A DNA stretch of 30,614 nt from a virus (Duplodnaviria; Caudoviricetes), in the IMG/VR virus record IMGVR_UViG_3300020044_007958, positions 1-30,614 of that record; one strand, 5' to 3'. The position numbers were made by a program, and so were the translations under genes. The notes under the pieces were generated by a model. The model saw only the letters and a list, made by a program, of their open reading frames with translations. It ran no database searches and was not told the DNA's origin. This document shows positions 7,911 to 17,069 of this stretch, piece after piece. Position 1 is the first letter of the stretch. Each line of letters opens with the position of its first letter.

Positions 7911-8309
7911 ATGGAATATAATTTAAAGAGTAAAAAAGATTATGAAGCATGGCAAATTGATATGCAAGATACTATGCAACTGTATAAAATCGGATTGATT
8001 GACCAATCAAATATAATTATTTATCCCGATTGTAGAATTTATCAATTTGTAAGCAATGTTATGATTTTTTCGCATACGGATTTTAAAGATAAAAGCGAAA
8101 ATGTGTATATTCGCGACTTATACATTTTGCCACCTTACAGAGGTAAATCAGGAGGTAAACATTTTTTAAACTACATCGAAAAAAACGCAAAAACATTTAA
8201 TAAAAAAACGATTACCGTAGAGCCTTTTTTATGGTCGGCTGACTTTTTTAAAAAGCATGGTTTTGAGTATATCAATGAAAAAGTAATGGAAAAAAAATTA
8301 AAACAATGA
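7911..8309 (+). CDS. GNAT-family acetyltransferase
   Basis: YIRDLYILPPYRGKSGG (motif A) and ADFFKKHGF (motif B). Confidence 0.85.
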   Translation: MEYNLKSKKDYEAWQIDMQDTMQLYKIGLIDQSNIIIYPDCRIYQFVSNVMIFSHTDFKDKSENVYIRDLYILPPYRGKSGGKHFLNYIEKNAKTFNKKTITVEPFLWSADFFKKHGFEYINEKVMEKKLKQ

Positions 8310-9544
8310 TACAACTAAGAGATTACCAGCAAGATATTAGCCAACGCGGTTTGGCTATCTTGCAACAATACAAAATTGTTTACTTAAACATGGCAGTCAG
8401 GACAGGTAAGAGCCTAACAGCTTTAAACATAGCTAAGTTATACGGCGCAAAACGTGTTGCATTTATCACTAAGAAGAAAGCCATAAGTAGTATTTTAGAT
8501 GATTACGAAATATTTAAACCTCCTTACGATTTGGAGGTTATAAATACCGAAAGTTTAACAAAATTAAAAAGCAATTTCGATTTAGTGATCAGTGATGAAC
8601 ACCACAAATTTGGAGCGTTCCCGAAAATGGGTAAACACGCAAAGGATTTTAAAACAAAATTTGGAAATACTCCCATAATTTGTTTATCAGGCACACCAAG
8701 TCCTGAGAGTTACAGCCAAATTTTTAACCAACTTGCAGTTAGTAACTATTCGCCATTTAGGGAATTTACAACATTTTACAAGTGGGCGAAATTGTTTGTA
8801 AACGTAAAACAAAAACAGTTAGGTTACGCGATAGTTAACGATTATACGGATGCAAAATACACCCTTATTAAGCCTTATTTAGATAAAATAATGATTAGCT
8901 TCACGCAAGAAGAAGCTGGGTTTAAATCGAAAATAAACGAGCATTTTTTACGTATTAAAATGTTGGATAGCACTCACGAAATGTTAAAGGCTTTAAGGAA
9001 AAATAAATTACTTACACTAAATTCCGACAATCCTAACATAGTTGCCGATACAGGGGCGAAAATGTTGCAGAAATGCCACCAGCTTTGTAGCGGAACGATT
9101 TTAACAGAAAACGGAAAAGCTTACATAGTGGACCAAACAAAAGCAGAATTTATCAAAGATTATTTTAAAAATAAGAAAATAGGTATATTTTATAAATTCA
9201 AAGCGGAGTATGATATGCTTAAATCCGTTTTTAATGATGATTTGTGCGATAATTTGGAAGATTTCAATAATAGCAATAAAAACATAGCTTTGCAGATAGT
9301 TAGTGGAAGAGAGGGCGTAAAATTAAGCAAAGCCGATTGCCTTGTTTTTTTGAATATTGATTTTTCGGCAACAAGCTACTGGCAGTCTAGGGATAGAATG
9401 ACTACTATTGACCGACAAGAAAATAATATTTATTGGATATTTTCTAATTTTGGTATTGAGAAAAAGATTTATGAAGCAGTAAGCAATAAAAAAAATTATA
9501 CACTCAAACATTTTGAACATGACTTTCCAAGCAAAATTTATTAA
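8306..9544 (+). CDS. SF2 (SNF2/DEAD-like) helicase
   Basis: LRDYQ, RTGKS, DEHH, LSGTP and QSRDR motifs. Confidence 0.9.
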   Translation: MIQLRDYQQDISQRGLAILQQYKIVYLNMAVRTGKSLTALNIAKLYGAKRVAFITKKKAISSILDDYEIFKPPYDLEVINTESLTKLKSNFDLVISDEHHKFGAFPKMGKHAKDFKTKFGNTPIICLSGTPSPESYSQIFNQLAVSNYSPFREFTTFYKWAKLFVNVKQKQLGYAIVNDYTDAKYTLIKPYLDKIMISFTQEEAGFKSKINEHFLRIKMLDSTHEMLKALRKNKLLTLNSDNPNIVADTGAKMLQKCHQLCSGTILTENGKAYIVDQTKAEFIKDYFKNKKIGIFYKFKAEYDMLKSVFNDDLCDNLEDFNNSNKNIALQIVSGREGVKLSKADCLVFLNIDFSATSYWQSRDRMTTIDRQENNIYWIFSNFGIEKKIYEAVSNKKNYTLKHFEHDFPSKIY

Positions 9545-9764
9545 GAAAATGGAGGAACAAGGCTATTTAGTTTTGAAAACTATTCGCCTTAATATAACAG
9601 GGATGCCCGATTTAATTTTACTTAAAGACGGAAAAACTACCTTTGTAGAATTGAAAAAAGGCAACGATACTTTGAAGGATTTGCAAAAGTTCCGAATTGA
9701 TGAACTTAGAAAAAAAGGTTTTCAGGCTTACTGTTGGCATGAGAAAAATGGTATTATTTATTAA
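9513..9764 (+). CDS. VRR-NUC domain nuclease
   Basis: GMPDLI..FVELK..LQ motif following the helicase. Confidence 0.88.
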   Translation: MNMTFQAKFIKKMEEQGYLVLKTIRLNITGMPDLILLKDGKTTFVELKKGNDTLKDLQKFRIDELRKKGFQAYCWHEKNGIIY

Positions 9765-9772
9765 TTTTTTCC

Positions 9773-9780
9773 TATATTTG
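9773..9780 (+). promoter_or_regulatory. Bacteroidetes -7 promoter (TATATTTG)
   Basis: TAnnTTTG consensus in the intergenic gap. Confidence 0.65.
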
Positions 9781-9783
9781 CAT

Positions 9784-9840
9784 TTCCATACTTAAAGTTT
9801 AATTGTTTAGAGGGGGTGGGTAACTCCAACCCCTTTTTTT
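9784..9840 (+). ncRNA. Candidate ~55-nt small RNA antisense to early-gene translation initiation regions
   Basis: Flanked by a promoter and a terminator; contains TTCCAT-N8-TTTAATTGTTT, complementary to four early leaders. Confidence 0.45.
9811..9840 (+). terminator. Intrinsic terminator
   Basis: AGGGGGTGGG-TAAC-TCCAACCCCT imperfect stem followed by a T run. Confidence 0.7.
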
Positions 9841-9852
9841 AAAAAACACACC

Positions 9853-10293
9853 ATGAGCAGACCAAAATCGGAATTAAAATTATGGGATAACTGGCAACAG
9901 GACATACTAGACCTTTATAAGGAGGGTGGGAGTGATGTTGAGGTAAAAGCTTTAATTCATGAGTTTAGGGGTAGTTTTTCCAACGACTTATGGGATAGGT
10001 GGATGATAGAAGAACCAAATTTTTCGGAAACCATAAAAACAGGAAAAGTATTGAGTGAAGCTTTTTTTCATAGATTAGGAAGAAAAAATTTATACGAAAA
10101 AGATTTTAGTTATACAGGTTGGTACATGCAGATGAAAAATCGATACGGTTGGAAAGATAACAATGCGGTTGATTTAACCACCAAAGGCGACAAAATAGAG
10201 CAGCCAACTATTGTTGTTAACAGTCCCGAAATTGCAAAAGCATTTGAAGATTTAAAGCAAATGTTTGAAGATGAAGATAACAACGACGTTTGA
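9853..10293 (+). CDS. terS: Terminase small subunit
   Basis: MSRP.. start, FSETIK and MKNRYGWKD..DLTTKGDKI motifs; overlaps TerL. Confidence 0.8.
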   Translation: MSRPKSELKLWDNWQQDILDLYKEGGSDVEVKALIHEFRGSFSNDLWDRWMIEEPNFSETIKTGKVLSEAFFHRLGRKNLYEKDFSYTGWYMQMKNRYGWKDNNAVDLTTKGDKIEQPTIVVNSPEIAKAFEDLKQMFEDEDNNDV

Positions 10294-11428
10294 AAAGACT
10301 GCTAAAGCTTATAAAGATAAGTTTAGGTATATAATAAATCAAGGAGGTACAAGAAGTGGCAAAACTTACAGTACTTTACAATTACTCTACTTTATAGCTA
10401 AGTGGAGCAAAAAGCCATTAATCATACACGTTGTAAGCCATAGCACACCGCATTTAAAGGACGGTGCAATAGTTGACTTTGAACATATCCTAAATTCTGT
10501 TAATGAGAATATAGCCAACATACGAACACAAAACCCGAACACCTACAAGATAGGACAAAGCCAAATTAAATTTATTGGTTTTGATAATTCAGGCAAAGCA
10601 CATGGAGCAAAAAGGGATATACTTTTTGTTAATGAGTGCAACTATATGAAGTATGAGATTTTGCATCAACTATTCCAACGTACAAGGGGCGCTATATTCC
10701 TAGATTATAACCCCAGCGCAAAGTTTTGGATTGATACGTGCGGAATATTGGAAGACCAGCGCACTAAGGTTATACATTCCACATTCTTAGATAACATTGA
10801 GAACTTAACGGAAGACCAAATAAAGGATTTACGCACCGCACAACTTAAGCATAATCAGGAGTTAAAACGAGGTACAACTGGCTACTACTATAATTGGTGG
10901 AGGGTTTACGGTTTAGGCTTATTGGGTAGGGTTTCGGGTACAATTATTACAGATTGGGAGGTTAGTCCATTTCCGGATACTGATATTTTCGGGTATTGCA
11001 TAGATTGGGGAATGAAAGATCCTTTTACCCTTACAAAGTGTGCTGTAAGTAAGCGCGACAAACAAATGTGGGTAAAGCAAGAAATATATTCGAGCGGTTT
11101 GAATGTTAATAACCTTTTGGAAATGCTTAAAACCAAAATTAAGGATAAAAGCAAAGTGATTGTTTGTGATAATGCAAGACCTGACTTAATCAATATGCTG
11201 GTTTTGAACGGGTACAATGCTGTCCCATGTTTGGGCAAAAAGAAGTTGGCCACCTTGCAACTACTCCAAAGCTACAAGTTATTTGTTACTCCTGAGAGTA
11301 CAAGCATTCAAGACGAACTATACAACTACAAATGGAAAGACCGTTCAGGAGAAGTACCTGAGGACGGCAACGACCATAGTATAGATGCTATTGGATATTA
11401 TTTAAGGTGGTTTGATTATTCTTATTGA
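10265..11428 (+). CDS. terL: Terminase large subunit, PBSX-like (start may be 10271)
   Basis: QGGTRSGKT Walker A, LFVNE Walker B, DYNP, DWG and NDHSIDA motifs. Confidence 0.93.
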   Translation: MKMKITTTFEKTAKAYKDKFRYIINQGGTRSGKTYSTLQLLYFIAKWSKKPLIIHVVSHSTPHLKDGAIVDFEHILNSVNENIANIRTQNPNTYKIGQSQIKFIGFDNSGKAHGAKRDILFVNECNYMKYEILHQLFQRTRGAIFLDYNPSAKFWIDTCGILEDQRTKVIHSTFLDNIENLTEDQIKDLRTAQLKHNQELKRGTTGYYYNWWRVYGLGLLGRVSGTIITDWEVSPFPDTDIFGYCIDWGMKDPFTLTKCAVSKRDKQMWVKQEIYSSGLNVNNLLEMLKTKIKDKSKVIVCDNARPDLINMLVLNGYNAVPCLGKKKLATLQLLQSYKLFVTPESTSIQDELYNYKWKDRSGEVPEDGNDHSIDAIGYYLRWFDYSY

Positions 11429-11437
11429 TTTTTTTTA

Positions 11438-11445
11438 TAATTTTG
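11438..11445 (+). promoter_or_regulatory. Possible -7 promoter (TAATTTTG) before the portal gene
   Basis: Consensus match immediately before ATG 11451; the transcript would be nearly leaderless. Confidence 0.4.
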
Positions 11446-11450
11446 TAAAC

Positions 11451-12800
11451 ATGATAATAAAAAACTATATTTCCAATATACTAAAAGCGGTTAAGAATGA
11501 ACCGTTTAATGTTTTCGCAGACCAGCAGAAGCAAGGCGCGACAAGTGAAAGCGTGTTTATACCGTTGTTTTCGAGCGGTCGCTTAGGTTTAAATATCAGT
11601 GAAGATATACTGATAAATGAGGGGTATATCACTAATGATATGGTTTACGCTGTTGCTACTCGTATAGCCAAAGTTACGGCTAGTTTGCCTATTATTTTAA
11701 CTCAAGATGCTGAGTTTATCGAGGGCAAGGATGAACTAAAAACTTTTATTTTTGAGAATTGGCACGATAACGACAGCTTAGAACAGGCACTATACAAGGA
11801 GGTTTTATATTTATTGCTAACTGGAGATGCTTACCATTACACACCATACGAATACATTGGTGCTAAGCTTCCTATTAAAAATTATATTTTACCCACTCAA
11901 AACGTAAGAGCATGGAGAGAAAGTCAAAGCATATTATCGGATATTGACCGCTTCGAATTTAACGACGGTGTAAGCATTAGAAAAATAGCACCGTTGGAAA
12001 TTATACACACCCATTATTTTAACCCTAGCATTGAGGGTATTCGCAAAGCTGAGGGGTTAAGTCCTTTACAAGCTGGTTACGATTTGCTTAAAGCTTCAAC
12101 AAATAGAAATGTTGCCGAAAGTAGCCTATACGAAAATAGGGGTGCAAGTGGGATAATATCTTCTAAAAACGATTTAATCTTAACTTCAAATGATAAAGAG
12201 ATAATTCAAAAGGATTTAAACAGCCGTATTGGTGGTGCAAAAAACGCTAATAAAATTGTTGCATTACAAGGGGCGGTTGATTACAAGCAACTAGGAATGA
12301 GTGCAACAGATATGCAGTTGCTAGGAATGAGAGCCGAACATTTACGCGCGGTTTGTGGTTTGTTTGGTGTTCAATCTATTATTTTCGGCGATGTAAGTGC
12401 TTCAACTTATGCGAATATGCAGGAAGCAATGAAAGATTTTTATAATCAAACTTGTATTCCATTAATGGAGCAGATTTTGGCGCAAAAAAACAAACAGTTA
12501 ATTAAGCGTTACAATGCTATCACGGGATTGAATTATAAGATTGAGATTGATAGCGGTAATATTTCGGCATTAAAACAGGATAGAAACGCAGATATTGAAG
12601 CGGTGTTGAAATTGGTACAAGCTGGTTTAATCACTATTGATGAAGCACGTACAGAGTTAGATTACCAAGCTTATACAGAGGACGAAAAACAAAGCAAATT
12701 TGCTACTTTATTAAGTCCATTGGTAGTGAACAACATTATTGCGACAATGAGTGAAGAGGACAAAGCAAGATTAATTAGTCAATTAAAAAATAACTTATAA
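11451..12800 (+). CDS. Portal protein (HK97-like)
   Basis: VYAVATRIA, LLTGDAY, EIIH, GLSPL, VCGLFGV and ITIDEAR motifs. ATG 11451 is preferred to 11412. Confidence 0.92.
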   Translation: MIIKNYISNILKAVKNEPFNVFADQQKQGATSESVFIPLFSSGRLGLNISEDILINEGYITNDMVYAVATRIAKVTASLPIILTQDAEFIEGKDELKTFIFENWHDNDSLEQALYKEVLYLLLTGDAYHYTPYEYIGAKLPIKNYILPTQNVRAWRESQSILSDIDRFEFNDGVSIRKIAPLEIIHTHYFNPSIEGIRKAEGLSPLQAGYDLLKASTNRNVAESSLYENRGASGIISSKNDLILTSNDKEIIQKDLNSRIGGAKNANKIVALQGAVDYKQLGMSATDMQLLGMRAEHLRAVCGLFGVQSIIFGDVSASTYANMQEAMKDFYNQTCIPLMEQILAQKNKQLIKRYNAITGLNYKIEIDSGNISALKQDRNADIEAVLKLVQAGLITIDEARTELDYQAYTEDEKQSKFATLLSPLVVNNIIATMSEEDKARLISQLKNNL

Positions 12801-12802
12801 AA

Positions 12803-13636
12803 ATGGAACTAAAACACATAATAGAAAATAAAAAAGAGTTGATTAGATTTAAAAAATCAACAGTAAAAAGATTTGTTAACGGAATTAATCAAGTACCCTT
12901 AAAGGTGTTGCAAATCGAAAACAAATCTTTGCCAATGGATGAGGAAGAGGTGTTATATCGTACGATTATAGGGAATACTTATAACTGGTTGGATAATCAT
13001 GGGGATGTACATTTAGGTGGTTGTTTTGCAAAATCAATAAACGAAAATGTACCGTTTATTTTAGCCGACCACAAAGCCGATGTAACGGCTAAGATTGGTA
13101 AGGCTTTAAAAACTTTGGAATTGGAATTAAGTTGGGAACAGTTGGGTATTGATAAAGAGGGCACAACTGAAAGTTTAGTTTCCGATGTGGAAATAATCAA
13201 AGCTTTAAACCCTAGCATATTCCACCAATACAAAAACAACATGATTAACCAACATAGCGTTGGGATGCAATATGTTACCATTGATTTAGCAATTAACGAT
13301 ACGTATGACAAAGACGGTTTTGCTAATTGGGGCAAATATCTTCCATTACTAGGAAATGAAAAAGATGCGGATGAGTGCGGTTACTTTTGGATTGTAAAGG
13401 AAGCGAAATTATTTGAAATTAGCGCGGTTTTGCAAGGTAGTAACACTTTGACTGGTGTACTCGATAATAATACAACAGATGAAGCGCAAATAGAGAAAAT
13501 TTATAATAAATTTGGAGATATAGATAAATTTTATGAATTTTGCAATAGCACTCTAAAAGCTGAGCCGAATGTTATCACTCAAATTGAAGAAACGCAACCA
13601 AAGAAAAATTTTTATAAACACTTAATTAAAAAATAA
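12803..13636 (+). CDS. Prohead maturation protease (HK97 S78-like)
   Basis: DNHGD..FAKSI, LADH, HSVG and LFEISAV motifs; lies between portal and capsid. Confidence 0.85.
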   Translation: MELKHIIENKKELIRFKKSTVKRFVNGINQVPLKVLQIENKSLPMDEEEVLYRTIIGNTYNWLDNHGDVHLGGCFAKSINENVPFILADHKADVTAKIGKALKTLELELSWEQLGIDKEGTTESLVSDVEIIKALNPSIFHQYKNNMINQHSVGMQYVTIDLAINDTYDKDGFANWGKYLPLLGNEKDADECGYFWIVKEAKLFEISAVLQGSNTLTGVLDNNTTDEAQIEKIYNKFGDIDKFYEFCNSTLKAEPNVITQIEETQPKKNFYKHLIKK

Positions 13637-13640
13637 CAAC

Positions 13641-14921
13641 ATGAAAAAATCAGTAAAAAAAATGGACGGCTTTACGTCCGAAACAACATTAGAGCAATTC
13701 TTAGTATTGCAAGGTATCGAGAACTTCGATGAATTACCTGAAGAGCAACAAGCTGAACTTGTAGCAATGTACCAAGAAGAGTTAGCAAAGTTAGCTTCCA
13801 ATTTAGAAGAAGAGAACAAAGGCTTAAAAAATGAAATTAAAGTAGTTAAAAACCAAATGGAAGTAGGCTTCAAAGAAATTTCCACAAAATTAGAAAAAAT
13901 GAAAACAGTTAACCAAATTACTAAATCTTTCTCTCAGGAGTTAAGAGCAAGTTTAGAAGCTAACAAAGATGCTTTAAAATCTTTGAAAGAAAAAGGCGAG
14001 GGAAGAGTTTCCTTTAAAGCAGTTGGCAACATGACTTTCGCAAATGTAAGCGGTGGAAATGTACCAGTTGAGGATAGAATTGAGGGTTTAAATGGTATTG
14101 CATCGAGAGATACAAAATTTTTAAATGCTTTACAAACTCGTTCAACTTCTTCAAATGTTATTAGCTGGGTAGCACAAGCGAACCAAGAGGGTACAGCTGG
14201 TCAAACAGGAGAGGGGTTATTGAAAAACAAAATCGATTTTGATTTAGTTGTTTCAAGCGAAAACGTTAAAAAAACAACTGCGTTCATTAAGGTATCTAAC
14301 GAAATGTTGGATGATATCGATTGGATGCAAAGCGAAATTGAAGCGGAATTAATGCGCGAATTGTACAAGGCTGTTGAAAACACTGCATTTAGCGGTAACG
14401 GTAGCGGTACGAACTTAAGAGGTGTTAACACTGTTGCAACTGCTTTCGCTATCACAGGGGCTGACTTTGATGCTCCGATTGATAACGCTAACGTTGTGGA
14501 TGTATTAGTAGCTGGTAACTTACAAATCGAGTTAGCAGAGCAAGGAAGCGCAAACTTAGCGTTTTTAAACCCTAGAGATGTAGCAAGTTTAAAAGTTGCT
14601 AAAGTAACGGCGACTGATAAGAGATACATTGATCGTTTACAAGCTATTGGTTCTAGCTTATTGTTGGATGGTGTAACTAAAATTGTACCTACTACATTAG
14701 TACCAGCTGGTACATTCTTAATGGGTAACTTCGACAAAGCGTTCTTAGTTGAAAAAGACGGTGTTAAGTATGATTTAGGTTACGAAAATGACGACTTTAC
14801 TAAAAACTTTGTTACTTTACGTGCAGAGTGGAGGGGTGCGGTTGTTGTTAAGACTAACGACAGAACAGCATTTGTAAAAGGAACATTCTCTACTGCAATA
14901 GCAAGTTTAGAAACAACCTAA
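13641..14921 (+). CDS. Major capsid protein (HK97 fold with N-terminal delta domain)
   Basis: Coiled N-terminus; VSNEMLDD, GNGSG.NLRG, LNPRD and DDFTKN.VTLRAE motifs. Confidence 0.93.
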   Translation: MKKSVKKMDGFTSETTLEQFLVLQGIENFDELPEEQQAELVAMYQEELAKLASNLEEENKGLKNEIKVVKNQMEVGFKEISTKLEKMKTVNQITKSFSQELRASLEANKDALKSLKEKGEGRVSFKAVGNMTFANVSGGNVPVEDRIEGLNGIASRDTKFLNALQTRSTSSNVISWVAQANQEGTAGQTGEGLLKNKIDFDLVVSSENVKKTTAFIKVSNEMLDDIDWMQSEIEAELMRELYKAVENTAFSGNGSGTNLRGVNTVATAFAITGADFDAPIDNANVVDVLVAGNLQIELAEQGSANLAFLNPRDVASLKVAKVTATDKRYIDRLQAIGSSLLLDGVTKIVPTTLVPAGTFLMGNFDKAFLVEKDGVKYDLGYENDDFTKNFVTLRAEWRGAVVVKTNDRTAFVKGTFSTAIASLETT

Positions 14922-14945
14922 TAACTCAGCCATAGGGGTTAAATA

Positions 14946-14979
14946 AGAGGGGTGGGGTGTAATGCTTCACCCTTTTTTT
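14946..14979 (+). terminator. Intrinsic terminator after the capsid gene
   Basis: GGGTGGGGTG-TAA-TGCTTCACCC stem followed by T7. Confidence 0.75.
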
Positions 14980-14991
14980 ATACTTAAAATT

Positions 14992-15816
14992 ATGAAGAAA
15001 CTTGTATTTATTATTGCTATCTATCAAAGGCACGATTTGACTAAGATAGTGCTAGATTATTATCGGAAGCTAAGTAAGAAGTACGGCTTTACGGTTGTTA
15101 TTGCTGGAAGTGAGGGGCAGATAAGTAAGGATTTAGCAAAAGGATTGGTGTACATTGAAACCGAAAACAATCCGTTAACGGCGAAAAATAATGCAATGAT
15201 GTTGAAAGCAAAGGAGTTTAATCCCGATGCGGTGGTGTTACTAGGTAGCGACGATTTAATTTGCGAAAATGTAATACGTTGGTACTACTCACTAGATACC
15301 AATAAAGTAATGGGATTTACTGATATTTACTTCTATTCAACACAACATAAAATTACAAGCCATTTAACACTAGATAAACATTTCGGAGCTGGTAGGTATT
15401 ACCCGAAAAGTGTACTTGATAAATGTAAATGGAAAGCGTGGAACGGTAAGATTAACAAAGGTTGTGACAATAACAGCGAAAAGTATTTACGTGGCTTAGA
15501 CGTAGAATTTGAGCGGATACCATTAGATAAAATCAATGGTTTTTTAATTGATATAAAGCACGATTATAATATTTCGAGTAAAAATATTATCTTTGTAGGA
15601 AACCAAATTAATAATGAAATTATGGCAAAGAAATTAAATAAAGAAGTAGCTACAAAAGTAGAAAATTTAACATTTACACCGAAAGCGGTTAAAAGTGATA
15701 AAATAAAGTTTGTTGGTAATGGCAAAGAAGCAACATTAGGCACTAAAACTTTTTACATAGATAAATTAAAAGCTGAGGTATTTGTTAAAAAAGGGTGGGG
15801 GGAAATATGCGAATAG
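14992..15816 (+). CDS. GT-A/family 2-like glycosyltransferase with an extra basic C-terminal module
   Basis: FIIAIYQR, LTAKNN and LLGSDD motifs. The track start at 14962 lies inside the terminator, so 14992 is preferred. Confidence 0.8.
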   Translation: MKKLVFIIAIYQRHDLTKIVLDYYRKLSKKYGFTVVIAGSEGQISKDLAKGLVYIETENNPLTAKNNAMMLKAKEFNPDAVVLLGSDDLICENVIRWYYSLDTNKVMGFTDIYFYSTQHKITSHLTLDKHFGAGRYYPKSVLDKCKWKAWNGKINKGCDNNSEKYLRGLDVEFERIPLDKINGFLIDIKHDYNISSKNIIFVGNQINNEIMAKKLNKEVATKVENLTFTPKAVKSDKIKFVGNGKEATLGTKTFYIDKLKAEVFVKKGWGEICE

Positions 15817-16520
15817 TCGTAGCTGGTAAGTCGTACAATGTACGCACTACTTTACAGGAATTTAAGGTAAAAGATTTAATTTGGGCAAATCAATTACTAC
15901 CTAAATGCGATTATTCCTTTAAATGGTGTATTGAATACCTATTAAAAGCGTCCGATATGCCTTTGGATATCCTCGAAAGATTGGATTTAGAAAAGGATTT
16001 AGTCCCCATTTGTGAGTTATCGGTGCTAGGTTTGCGCGTTCCTGATACCTATTTGGAGCAAGATTTTGTTAAAATTGAGGGTAAAAAGTACGAAAAACGC
16101 AAAGAGTTGCAAACATTGTCAGGAATGCGCGTTTGGTTAGGCAACAATAATTATAAACAATTTGCTTTAATGGGGCAAATGCACGATATAATTAGCAAAG
16201 CAAAGCAAACCGATGCTACTGCCTTAGCAAGTTTAAACGCGGTTTTGTATGGCTCGGATTTTTCGGATAAAGGAATAGAGGAACGAACCAAACTTTTTAT
16301 GAATTTAAATTTGTTGGAAGCATTCAGCAGTTTTTTTTTGTTTCAAAAGGACTTGAACAGATTTCAAAGTTTTTTATCGGAATTTTCAGAAATGAAGATG
16401 CAAGTGGTGGAAAAGTTAGAAAAGAGTTTAGCTCCATTGTCGAGCAAAATTTTTGGATTGCATTTGGTTACGAAGTCGCAAGTGATGCAGTTTATAATGC
16501 GAATGGCAAAACACCTTTAG
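15807..16520 (+). CDS. Putative tail assembly chaperone (gpG-like)
   Basis: Contains the T9 slippery run (SFFL) with an open -1 frame downstream. Confidence 0.6.
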   Translation: MRIVVAGKSYNVRTTLQEFKVKDLIWANQLLPKCDYSFKWCIEYLLKASDMPLDILERLDLEKDLVPICELSVLGLRVPDTYLEQDFVKIEGKKYEKRKELQTLSGMRVWLGNNNYKQFALMGQMHDIISKAKQTDATALASLNAVLYGSDFSDKGIEERTKLFMNLNLLEAFSSFFLFQKDLNRFQSFLSEFSEMKMQVVEKLEKSLAPLSSKIFGLHLVTKSQVMQFIMRMAKHL

Positions 16521-16606
16521 AAAGTGTATTAGAAGAAAATTGTTTAACAATATTGGACTACTTGAATGTAAAGTTAGCAAAACTAAAAATGTATAAAAAT
16601 GATTGA
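16331..16606 (+). CDS. -1 frameshift extension (gpT-like) of the chaperone
   Basis: The -1 frame is open from 16271 to 16606 with no usable early start. It reads FVSKGLEQISK...FWIAFGYEVA...LDYLN and its stop overlaps the next gene. Confidence 0.7.
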   Translation, partial: FFFVSKGLEQISKFFIGIFRNEDASGGKVRKEFSSIVEQNFWIAFGYEVASDAVYNANGKTPLESVLEENCLTILDYLNVKLAKLKMYKND

Positions 16607-17069
16607 TACGATTATAACATTAATGGAAGAGGTTGCAACGGCTTACACCGCTGTAAATTCGTTTTCTTACGAAAGTCCGTTTGAAATGAACGGTGCACCT
16701 AGTAGGCTATACCCACACGTATTAGTAGCTGATACACCCGACTATCAAAATGTAGGTAATTACAGAGAAAACGGAATGCAAAACCAAACACGTTGGACTT
16801 TGAGAGTATTTTTGTATGATGTTTACAACATGGAAGAGCGCGGAACTACTGCAAGACCTGTTAAACAGCAGACTTTAAAAAACATTATGGATAGATACAT
16901 GGCTGAGGTAAAGCGCAAAGCGTTGCATGAATTGGGGTATAATATAGAGATTAGCGGTGGATTTCTTGCCAAACGTGCAATGAATGGCAAATTTGAGCAA
17001 GTTACAGCGAATTTAACGGTTGTTACTGCAAACACTTGTACTTTAGGGGAGTTTGAATATGGAGAATAA
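16599..17069 (+). CDS. Putative tail terminator/completion protein
   Basis: Size, the LYPHV motif and position in the structural operon. Confidence 0.55.
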   Translation: MIDTIITLMEEVATAYTAVNSFSYESPFEMNGAPSRLYPHVLVADTPDYQNVGNYRENGMQNQTRWTLRVFLYDVYNMEERGTTARPVKQQTLKNIMDRYMAEVKRKALHELGYNIEISGGFLAKRAMNGKFEQVTANLTVVTANTCTLGEFEYGE

